A stretch of 64,000 nucleotides of DNA from a virus. A program made the position numbers and the translations under genes. This document shows, piece after piece, positions 39,901-47,716 of the stretch (positions within the stretch are counted from its first letter, which is position 1; each line of letters begins with the position of its first letter). The DNA lies in IMG/VR virus record IMGVR_UViG_3300035698_017111, positions 64,001 to 128,000 of that record. One strand, written 5' to 3'. Below the pieces are notes generated by a model. That model did no database searches and was not told the origin of the DNA. It saw nothing but the letters and a program-made list of their open reading frames with translations.

Positions 39901-40408
39901 TGTCTTCACATTTTCTTTCGGATATATGTACTGGATTCCTCCAGTTACCTTCACCAGAAACGATAGAACAAGATTTAATGTTTTCATACAAAAAACCACC
40001 AGTTACCGTGTCTTCTACTGTGGATTCTGGAACGAACTCGAAGTCTTTAACTTCAACGTAAGACATGTCAGAACATAATAACCCAGATGTGGACATCAAG
40101 ACCCATTGATAAACTTCCCTTCGCTTGGTAGGTATTTGCCAGTTAACAGGAGTATGGATTGGTGAATAAAACGATGGGGATGTGTACATAACCCTTGATG
40201 CGGCTAAACCTGCACCTGCTGCAGATGCAGTTTCATACGATTGGGCTTCTCTAATAACTGAAGGTTGATCTCCAGTTAGTATTCTTGAAGAAGATGCACT
40301 CTCGACAGTACCAGTTTTCATCAAATCACCAGATTCACTGATGATCTGTTCAGCTGTTCTTCCCGTCTTGGAGAACACTTTATCGACATTGCTAAATATG
40401 TATGTCAT
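36911..40408 (-). CDS. portal protein with an intein and a C-terminal DUF559-like domain
   Basis: QW/CRFFAQNDP, EYFCMGDAFP, MNPDWI, YGRSLI...YQDKLRQAQ, VTHH; tail VESDGKRFH...DRD...GWEVLRF. Confidence 0.75.
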   Translation of the reverse strand: MTYIFSNVDKVFSKTGRTAEQIISESGDLMKTGTVESASSSRILTGDQPSVIREAQSYETASAAGAGLAASRVMYTSPSFYSPIHTPVNWQIPTKRREVYQWVLMSTSGLLCSDMSYVEVKDFEFVPESTVEDTVTGGFLYENIKSCSIVSGEGNWRNPVHISERKCEDKTFVKIKCSGYYHELEISEEHNLFCIESKPLKNAVKRYGDKLYREGKKGPYPKKDFIQSENWPIKRIRADEAVLKDFLLTPIPKFKEEKYGYNSVFLTATDDFLWSVGLCIADGTVYDDAIYLNINNDELNLFLPVVENLIPNYNKYKHGKSCTRIAKFIKGYFSDYKRFIVGKLSNKKFTEEITHLNREQMLHVLGGYFDGDGSFTKTQNKLVANNSSKDMADQLYFMLLMCGISCTLNRYERFEDSMGRIGTWVYRIFVPASEVHKIRPYMKSNKIPEDFEYDGHDRVLRFFTKDEDGNEYFAQPIEKIEKYLYTGVGYDLQIDPERSYLCSGFKVSNCRFFAQNDPTIASSLRFYSQFPFAGFENVIGDPIRKEHFDNLKKRLRLEKWLPLIAFEYFCMGDAFPFVSISCEECGGFGKKKNGEPCNHEDSQIASVSVMNPDWIDVKMNPLIPTEPIISLIPDDTLKQIVWNKQPAEIYAQIPENLRRLILAQQPIPLSSNAITHLKHDEIPYQAYGRSLIAPLFPVLAYQDKLRQAQWIVAERHILPVKVCKIGNDQRPAGPNDIGDTQRQLAVTANDPNLTLVTHHAFDFQWVGAAGKVLQLTKEYELIDKALIKGLGVNEALLSGTGPSYSQAAIGIEATIKRLVMIQGLLAFWITDKVYKTEARMRGFYTESKSGKKILDYPEIKWNDLNLRDETQKNNTYIQLWDKGVVSTQFLCEKMNIDYDIETERVRLEQAYQQQLGIAPQMQGGQDGPGGMGSGFGGGGSSGLGSGGMPQDENSGNLPGGQSGPGLPGDSLAPSMSGGGGAAGGGAPSGASMAHDTQMKSYEQAVEMEPSVRRPNKRKMKPPMEPKQPPQQAGENLDNEWVVGPRTGMFRLTSIEQKLYSGIEEAQKTGNLPIDFQAQQKPEPVHMAKVTVDGFFPIQKVIVESDGKRFHSMPEDIEKDTDRDSRLAGFGWEVLRFTEDEINFNINDVVAKIIQVVKAKSTDQTM
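38882..40102 (-). mobile_element. LAGLIDADG intein (407 aa) with atypical Val1
   Basis: SEEH block B, GLCIADG and GYFDGDG, YDLQI...VSN followed by C+1. Confidence 0.8.
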
Positions 40409-40572
40409 ATTAAACTTTCCTCTTTGTATTTTCTAAACATACTTATACGATTATACTTTTTCTTTTTTCCAAAGAGGTTCCTCTGCATTAAAATTATTGC
40501 CCTCAATATGGTAAACGTTACCACACTTAGGGCAATAAAGAAGTCGATTTTCCTTACCACTATTTCGAAGTT

Positions 40573-42228
40573 TTATCTCGCTTCCTTTATGCTTTGGGTT
40601 GGGACAGAGTGGAGTAGCGGTTTTCCCTGCACTAACGCTTTTTTTTTACCCAAAGCTGCTTCTAGGATACCCTTTGAAACATAAGTGTTGTCTTCGAGTT
40701 CTGCTGCCCTAGACATACTATCCATAGCTGCCCGTGTAACAAACGTATTGTTTTCAGAAGCTGTTGGTAAAGGACTTTGAACCTGATCTGGACTAACTGG
40801 ATTAACCGCAGGTGCCACATTGTAATCACTTGGATTTCCCAAAACTTCCTCTAGTTGTCCTGTGTTTGTTCTCAGATATGTGGTTAAAGCAGCGAGAACA
40901 ATACTTTTTGCGTGTTCTGTGGCAGTACCAGCCTGCAAGCCTTCAAGTATAGATGTAACACCCTCTTGTAGTTTAAGGGTGTTGTCCATTTGTTCATCGT
41001 TTAATTGAGCTTTTTGAAGAATAGTTTTGGCCATTGCAACTGTAATATTAAATTCCTTATTATCAGCGACAATAGTTTCGTATCCATCTTGAAACATATG
41101 TCTTGACTCTAATTGTTTCTCGTAATTAGCTTCATCTGGGAATTTTGGAGCATGTTCTCTTTCACTCTCATTGAGATTCATTGTTTTTTCAGTGTTGCTA
41201 CCAACCATTTTCCCACCAGAGTTCTCAATATGATCCGTTTCCCAACCGTCGTAATATTTGTCAACCTGCTCTTCTTTCCATTCCTTCATTTCAGGCATGA
41301 CATCTTCGGGCTTTGGCGAACTTCTATATTCTTTCCTCTCGACGCTATCAAAAGAACGGTCCTTATTTTCGACCTGTGAGTTACCACCACCTTCGCCGCC
41401 TTCGTCACCCTCGATATTCTGTTTACCTTCGTCAAAAATCATATTCTTCTCAGAGTCTTCTTTTCTTTTCTGACCCCAAGGTGATTTCTTGAACTCTCTG
41501 GCTTCCTTTACGAAAGGATTGGACGACGCTTCGGTTACCTTTTTTGTTTTGGTAAATGGATTTTCCATAGTTTTCATTCCCTTTTTGTTGAGCTCAATCT
41601 TCATTTGAATCATTGATTGTATTATTTTTGTCGTTTTTTTTGCAATGTCTGTAATAGACGTATCCACCATGTCTTCTTTCATGATAGAATGGAACACTGC
41701 ATTTATTAATTTTAAGGACATCTCTACTGGTATTTCAAACAAATTACGATCAGGATAACCAGTTTTGAGCCTTGATTGCTCAAGCATTTTAACGACATTT
41801 GAGAGGTAGTTTACGGCATCATCAAGATAATTTAAATGTTCACTATTGTCTAGTGCAAGACGTATTCTTCTCTCTAATTCACCACGAACATGTTCCGAAT
41901 CAACACTATCTCTCGGATTGGTCGTAGTTATTCTCTCTTCAGGCTTCATTCTCCGTTGCTTATGCTTATTCCTTGTTTGTGGAATCTTTGGGTCGTTCTT
42001 AAACTCTGGTTTATCTGATGCAGAGGGATCTCCAACAGATCGACGTGCTACAGTAGACAGGTCTACCTGTTGGGCATTCCAAGCTTCTGGTGTTGACTGT
42101 CTGCCACAACTTGAGCATTGATAAAACGTAGTTGTAGAACCACCACTATGCTGTTGTGTGTAGTCCGTAGAACCACAATTAGGACATTTTACAGATTCTG
42201 GTTTCTTTTTTTTGTTCATGTTTGGCAT
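40573..42228 (-). CDS. hypothetical virion protein with an N-terminal Zn ribbon; putative -1 extension to 40451
   Basis: CPNC...CSSC; A9 run at 40639-40647. Confidence 0.7.
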   Translation of the reverse strand: MPNMNKKKKPESVKCPNCGSTDYTQQHSGGSTTTFYQCSSCGRQSTPEAWNAQQVDLSTVARRSVGDPSASDKPEFKNDPKIPQTRNKHKQRRMKPEERITTTNPRDSVDSEHVRGELERRIRLALDNSEHLNYLDDAVNYLSNVVKMLEQSRLKTGYPDRNLFEIPVEMSLKLINAVFHSIMKEDMVDTSITDIAKKTTKIIQSMIQMKIELNKKGMKTMENPFTKTKKVTEASSNPFVKEAREFKKSPWGQKRKEDSEKNMIFDEGKQNIEGDEGGEGGGNSQVENKDRSFDSVERKEYRSSPKPEDVMPEMKEWKEEQVDKYYDGWETDHIENSGGKMVGSNTEKTMNLNESEREHAPKFPDEANYEKQLESRHMFQDGYETIVADNKEFNITVAMAKTILQKAQLNDEQMDNTLKLQEGVTSILEGLQAGTATEHAKSIVLAALTTYLRTNTGQLEEVLGNPSDYNVAPAVNPVSPDQVQSPLPTASENNTFVTRAAMDSMSRAAELEDNTYVSKGILEAALGKKKALVQGKPLLHSVPTQSIKEAR

Positions 42229-42242
42229 ATATATTTTAACCC

Positions 42243-45200
42243 CTACGGCCTTAGATTCATTTTATCTAACAGTTTTTCCTCTTTACCCGTAATTAATATA
42301 ACATCAAATGGACTATTTTTAACAAAATCATAAACACCAGAAATGGATCCAAACTTCGAAAACGGCAACATCATTACAGATGGCAAGGTCGTTTCTTGTA
42401 ATCTATTTCTCGTGTTTGTTTTGGCAATGGCATTGTGTTCACAGGCAGCGATGTCTTGTGCCGTATATATCATAACAGCGGTGTATTGATCGTCCATTTT
42501 GTCGGGCTGAGTCTCCTGAGCCTGTCTGTACCAGTTCTCTGTATCTGCTTTCTTCTTTTTAGGTTGTATATTCTTCCTAAGTTCCTCTTCTGTTCTCTTT
42601 TGCTTACCTTGTGCAGACCTGAGAGTTGTGCCCATATCTATATCAGACCAAACAATCCCTAATGGTGCCCATGCATGAGAAGCCAAACTTTCTTCCTTAA
42701 TTGAAAATGACCAAATGTTTGTTGCATCATTACCAGCTGGCAATCTTCCCTGCATGGCAAGGATTCTATTATATGCCAAAGACGTTAGAGCAACTTGATC
42801 TTTACGTTCTTTGGCAGCAGATGCGTATAGGGATGCGGCTCCAAGTATGTGACGACCCTTCTGTGTGTGAAAACTTCTATCATTTTCAGATTGTAATTCC
42901 AACATAACTTCAGCAGCTGAATCAGATACATTGAGAAATGTTACAAAATCCTCAACTGCAACTGGATAGTACGATGTTGCCTGTGTGGGATCTCTAAAGT
43001 TCTCTGCCACCATGTCATCTGGTATTGTCGGCATTGAGAACCCTTTTTCTGGTGCAAATGTATCAAGATCCTCATCGTCATAGACATAATCAAAGAAACC
43101 AGGTGATATATTTGTTCCCTTTGAAAGAGTCATGTATAAAGATGTTTTCATATCTTCTTCGCTTCTTTTACGAGAAGATGTATTGGCTTTCATACGCATT
43201 AGCAGATCTTGTTTGATCCCCAATAGTACTGGAACAGGATCTGTCAAACCAAGAGATCCACCAGTTTGTTCAAGGATTAGATCAACAGTAGCTAATTCTC
43301 TTTGAAATGCTCCTTCGTGATTTGGTAAATACGGAGCAATCCTTTCGTCAAGTTGTTTGTCTTTAGAAACAGAAACAAATGTATCAAGGAAGCTAGTGAA
43401 TGCACCAGCTTTAGCTTCTGACAATGCAGCACCTGGCGGTCTTGGTTGTTTGTAGAGTTGCAGCATTACTTTTCTTAATTGTTCTTTCATCTCTGGTTCT
43501 GATGCTTCGTAGAAGATAAACTCTTCTTCTTCTGTTGAGTCTATGGTAAATTTCAACGACTCTTCATGCCACTTAGCTTTCTCTTTATCTGTGGCTTTCT
43601 GCTTAGGTGGTTTGGTGATACCTGGAGTTCTAACTGCTTTTGATCTAAGAATTTCATAGGCTTTTTGTTTTGCCTCTTCAAATCCTTCTTGTGTCTTTAG
43701 GACATCAAATGGGACATCACCCATTGCTTCTACGGCAATATCTCTCAACATCTCACCAGCAGATTGTCTCTTGTTTTTTGCATGGAATCTACAATACATA
43801 CTTGGATTGTTGATATGTGTAAATCCATTGTTAATCATTTCTTCATCAAAAGCTAAACCAGTAAATGGTGCCACTGTTTCTTTAGAGAGATAAGGTCCTA
43901 TGTTCCAGTTGGTATCGTCATTGAAGAACTTGGCATTAAATGCTTTGTTTGGAAGATCCATTATCAATTTATTATATTCTCTGGCTGCGACCAATGCAAC
44001 AGATCTTTCATCTGTCATATCTGGTCTTTCTATTTGTGCTAGTTTTTTTAAGTGCGAAAACAATCTAACTGACATTGCTTCTAATTGAACCATGTCTTCT
44101 TTGAATACAGTACCTCTTTTCTTTTTAGGTGGGAAAAGATCTGTTTCGGCAAAAGAATAAGTTGTATACGGAAACAATGCACTCATCCATTCATGGATAT
44201 CTCCCTGTACAATCACAGGGTCTTCTCCCATCGAAGCTGCATTTATTACAATTCTTTCAATTAAGTTTTCAAGATTTTGTGCATAAGTTTCATGACAAGA
44301 AACTTGTATTTCCTGGCCATCCATACCTTCCACAACAACAGGCTTGCCACCAACCTCAAGGGGAATTTCAAGACTGTAGTATTCTGCTATTGGATTCTGT
44401 GTAACATCTTCTCCCAACAACAAATTCTCTACAAAATTACAAGATCGTCCATCGCATGCCACATCACGCATTCTCTGTGCTTTAGGAGAAAGAAATCTTT
44501 TTTCGTTTTCTGGAATTGGATCATTTTTATCTCTTTCATGATGCTTAAAGATCCAGTTGTTAACGTCTGGACTCCACTGTATCCAATCTCCCTCACTGGC
44601 CCTACTTGAAGGCTTAGCACCTCTAAACCTCCCACACGTTAAACAGAACTGTTTGACACCACCCTGATGTGGATCTCCCTTTTCCTTCCTAAGTTTATCA
44701 AATGCCATCAATTCAGTTTGAAGTTGATAAACAGATGCTCTTTCACTAACCTGTGTCAAGTATCTAAGTTTTTCTGGAGGGAAATATGTTTCTAAAATAC
44801 CTTTCAACGAATCTTCATCACCTTGGAATGCAGATCGAAGGTTATTTACAGCCGATTGGATAGCAGATGTTTGCTCTCCCTTTTCTATAGAGGTTGTCTC
44901 TTCTGCCACAAACAAAGATGGATCATTTAATGCAGATGAAATTGGGAGATCACCAGATAGTCTATCGTAATGCTGACCATAACAAAGAGATGCAAGATTC
45001 ATTACAGCATTGTAAACTTCTGTTGTAATTGGATTGTCACTAGATTCTATTTGATTTGCGATATTCCAACGATAATAGTATCCGACGATATCACCACCGA
45101 TATCATAGTAGAACTCAATGGTTTTCATATCTTCTTTAAGTGCTGGATCTACAGCAAGAATCTCGGCAACAGTCTCACTCGTTGCAGACTGTAATGCCAT

Positions 45201-46163
45201 TAACCTAATGTCTGGAGAATCTCCATGTTCTTGACGATATTTTGTAATAATTGAGTTCTCTAATTTTCTTTTAGTTCTCTCAACAAGAGGGACACCACCT
45301 TCGCCTTCTTTGAAATGAGAATCCATTTCCTTATGGTATCTGTCCATCATCTCAAAGGCTTGATCTTTAGCTGCAGTAGGATCACCTCCCTTTGCGATTT
45401 GTTCTTGTGTCCATTGATCGAATTCGCCACCAAACAACTCGACAACATTATCCAAGAAGTCTGTTCGTACAAGTGGAACTACCGTGTCGTTTCCTGTTTC
45501 GTCTTTACCAACAGTAAGTGGAACGGTAAAAACACCATGTCTTTGTCCGTATTCTTCATTTCCGGCCTGAAGGGATTCAAGAGATGATGTTTCTTCTGGA
45601 AGATCATAAACCTGTGGTTCATATCCTATTTCAACATTAAGGATTCCAATAGCAAGTTGACTAAGAATATCTCGATACACACCATCGTCTTGCAATTTAA
45701 GTTGAAAAGATTTTAATGCTTCTGAATATTGTTCACCTATAGTTGCCACGAAGTTTGGGTGTGTTATCAATCCGTTAATAGTGCTCTTAAGTTCCTGAGC
45801 AATCTTGATGAACGTAGGTGTGCCATCTGGATCAATCCTTCTATCCTCAACGGCAACCTGATATTGTTTGATCTTTTCTTTATATGCAGCAAGACCTTCA
45901 CTTTTAGTCAAAGCATTAACCAACCTCTGGATGATCTCTTGATCACCCAAAGGTAGTTGTTCTATTTGTTGTGGTTCTTGAAGTGGGGCTTCAGGCGGTA
46001 AAGCTGGTGGAGCTTCTGTGGGAGGTTGCTCCACGACAGGTTCACCAACATCCTGAGCTTCTCTCAAGATGTTCTGTATTAGATCGAATTGATTAAAGAG
46101 ATATTCTTTGTCTCTTCGACTAAGAGAACATACTTTCTCTAAAACATTTGTTCTATCCATCAA
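42243..46163 (-). CDS. large hypothetical virion-associated protein
   Basis: 1306 aa, within the head operon, NWYRQAQ motif. Confidence 0.7.
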   Translation of the reverse strand: MMDRTNVLEKVCSLSRRDKEYLFNQFDLIQNILREAQDVGEPVVEQPPTEAPPALPPEAPLQEPQQIEQLPLGDQEIIQRLVNALTKSEGLAAYKEKIKQYQVAVEDRRIDPDGTPTFIKIAQELKSTINGLITHPNFVATIGEQYSEALKSFQLKLQDDGVYRDILSQLAIGILNVEIGYEPQVYDLPEETSSLESLQAGNEEYGQRHGVFTVPLTVGKDETGNDTVVPLVRTDFLDNVVELFGGEFDQWTQEQIAKGGDPTAAKDQAFEMMDRYHKEMDSHFKEGEGGVPLVERTKRKLENSIITKYRQEHGDSPDIRLMALQSATSETVAEILAVDPALKEDMKTIEFYYDIGGDIVGYYYRWNIANQIESSDNPITTEVYNAVMNLASLCYGQHYDRLSGDLPISSALNDPSLFVAEETTSIEKGEQTSAIQSAVNNLRSAFQGDEDSLKGILETYFPPEKLRYLTQVSERASVYQLQTELMAFDKLRKEKGDPHQGGVKQFCLTCGRFRGAKPSSRASEGDWIQWSPDVNNWIFKHHERDKNDPIPENEKRFLSPKAQRMRDVACDGRSCNFVENLLLGEDVTQNPIAEYYSLEIPLEVGGKPVVVEGMDGQEIQVSCHETYAQNLENLIERIVINAASMGEDPVIVQGDIHEWMSALFPYTTYSFAETDLFPPKKKRGTVFKEDMVQLEAMSVRLFSHLKKLAQIERPDMTDERSVALVAAREYNKLIMDLPNKAFNAKFFNDDTNWNIGPYLSKETVAPFTGLAFDEEMINNGFTHINNPSMYCRFHAKNKRQSAGEMLRDIAVEAMGDVPFDVLKTQEGFEEAKQKAYEILRSKAVRTPGITKPPKQKATDKEKAKWHEESLKFTIDSTEEEEFIFYEASEPEMKEQLRKVMLQLYKQPRPPGAALSEAKAGAFTSFLDTFVSVSKDKQLDERIAPYLPNHEGAFQRELATVDLILEQTGGSLGLTDPVPVLLGIKQDLLMRMKANTSSRKRSEEDMKTSLYMTLSKGTNISPGFFDYVYDDEDLDTFAPEKGFSMPTIPDDMVAENFRDPTQATSYYPVAVEDFVTFLNVSDSAAEVMLELQSENDRSFHTQKGRHILGAASLYASAAKERKDQVALTSLAYNRILAMQGRLPAGNDATNIWSFSIKEESLASHAWAPLGIVWSDIDMGTTLRSAQGKQKRTEEELRKNIQPKKKKADTENWYRQAQETQPDKMDDQYTAVMIYTAQDIAACEHNAIAKTNTRNRLQETTLPSVMMLPFSKFGSISGVYDFVKNSPFDVILITGKEEKLLDKMNLRP

Positions 46164-46172
46164 CTTTCTCCG

Positions 46173-47189
46173 CTAGTATTTTCGGCTTTTCGCATTCCCT
46201 GCCGTTTCCCACGATCTGTCGTCTTCTCTTTTCTTACGAGGAGCATTTAGTTTAGAAGTGTCTCTCTGAATACTCTCTTCCTTACCAGCTTCCTTAGGAT
46301 CTACTGGAACAGCAAAGATTCCATTAAGATCTAATTTAGAATCCTTAGGATCTACTTCTGTGAAATCAGCAGCCATTTTAGGAATGTCTTTTTCAGCCTC
46401 ATGTTTCTTATCAAGAGTTTCTGCAATGGAATCACCAGCCTTGTCTTCCCATTTTCTTTCGTCTTGAAAATCCTTATCCCACTTATCCGAAAGAACCTTA
46501 TCGAGATTTTGTTTAATATCAGCAGCTTCTTTACCAGCTTGAGCACTTGCCTTGGCTTTTGCTTGTTGTGCTTCGACTTCTGGAATCTTAACCTTTGGAA
46601 GTTCTGGAGCTTTAAATGAACTTCTATTGGGGGTGAAACCCATCTCACTAGGCGAAACGTCTTCTGTTGTTTTAGCCTTACTCTCCGTTTCCCAATCTCT
46701 GTCTTTCTCTGTCTTCTGTTCTTGTGCCTTTCTACGATCTCGTCCAGCCTGAATGGCATGATCTGTAAATTCAGAGTTCTCTGCTTCTTCAACTCTTGTT
46801 GGATCAAAAATACTGTTCAATGCCGACATCATTGGATCACTACCACCATAGGCATTTTCTCCATCAGATCTAGATGGTCTGATTGATTTCGAATCCATAG
46901 GTTTGGCTTCTGCTTTAGTTGGGGCTTTGACTTGTTCCCAATCTTCTTTAATATCAGCAGAACTCAAACTATTTAGATTCTGTGGCGTTACTTCCTTGAC
47001 TCTATTTCTAACGGGCTCATCACTCTTAACTGGATCACCACCATCTTTATCTGGAACATTTGGAATGCTCTTGGCAAAGATGTCACTAATGTCACCAAGA
47101 CTTTTAATATTCTTGGTTCCTTCGGCAGCTTTGAGATTTTCAGTTATAATATCTCCTGCCATGATGTGGGTCTGTCTTTTTTCATCCAT
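46173..47189 (-). CDS. hypothetical charged protein
   Basis: AAAGGA RBS before MDEKRQ; DRxWE repeats. Confidence 0.65.
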   Translation of the reverse strand: MDEKRQTHIMAGDIITENLKAAEGTKNIKSLGDISDIFAKSIPNVPDKDGGDPVKSDEPVRNRVKEVTPQNLNSLSSADIKEDWEQVKAPTKAEAKPMDSKSIRPSRSDGENAYGGSDPMMSALNSIFDPTRVEEAENSEFTDHAIQAGRDRRKAQEQKTEKDRDWETESKAKTTEDVSPSEMGFTPNRSSFKAPELPKVKIPEVEAQQAKAKASAQAGKEAADIKQNLDKVLSDKWDKDFQDERKWEDKAGDSIAETLDKKHEAEKDIPKMAADFTEVDPKDSKLDLNGIFAVPVDPKEAGKEESIQRDTSKLNAPRKKREDDRSWETAGNAKSRKY

Positions 47190-47233
47190 GATTCTATTCC
47201 TTTCTTTTAGAATTTGCAAGAGGACATCATGTC

Positions 47234-47716
47234 CTATTTGCTTGTGTATGGTAAACAACGCTTAAAGGGGCTTGCCTTTGCGTTGAATGCATCCGGGAAC
47301 TTTGTGTTCTTCTTGGGCTTAGTCTCTTCCTTGCTTGGTTTCTTCTTCATGCTATTTTGTTGTTCGCTTTCATTATCATCAGTAACCATGTCCTTGGCAT
47401 ATGGTTGTGGAAAAACATTCTTCCAATAATTCATAAGTTTGTTTCTATCGCTATTGTCCAATGCCATGATTTTTCTATAAATCTCAACATTCAATTCCGA
47501 TTCTTTCATTGTCGATGCAGTTTTTCGAAGAGACTGTGCCTCTCCTTCAAGAACAATCGTTTGATAAAAACCACATTTACCCCTAATATCCCCTTGAAAC
47601 TCAAGAGTACTCTTCCTAAGATGATTGTTGTATGGGCATTCTGCAACAGCAAATAGTCCACAACTCATACATATCGAACCTACTGTCACTGTGTTCGGGT
47701 TTTCTATTAAAGGCAT
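47234..47716 (-). CDS. hypothetical protein (Cys cluster plus microprotein-like motif)
   Basis: CMSC..CP..C; RKIMALDNSDRNKLMNYW. Confidence 0.65.
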   Translation of the reverse strand: MPLIENPNTVTVGSICMSCGLFAVAECPYNNHLRKSTLEFQGDIRGKCGFYQTIVLEGEAQSLRKTASTMKESELNVEIYRKIMALDNSDRNKLMNYWKNVFPQPYAKDMVTDDNESEQQNSMKKKPSKEETKPKKNTKFPDAFNAKASPFKRCLPYTSK

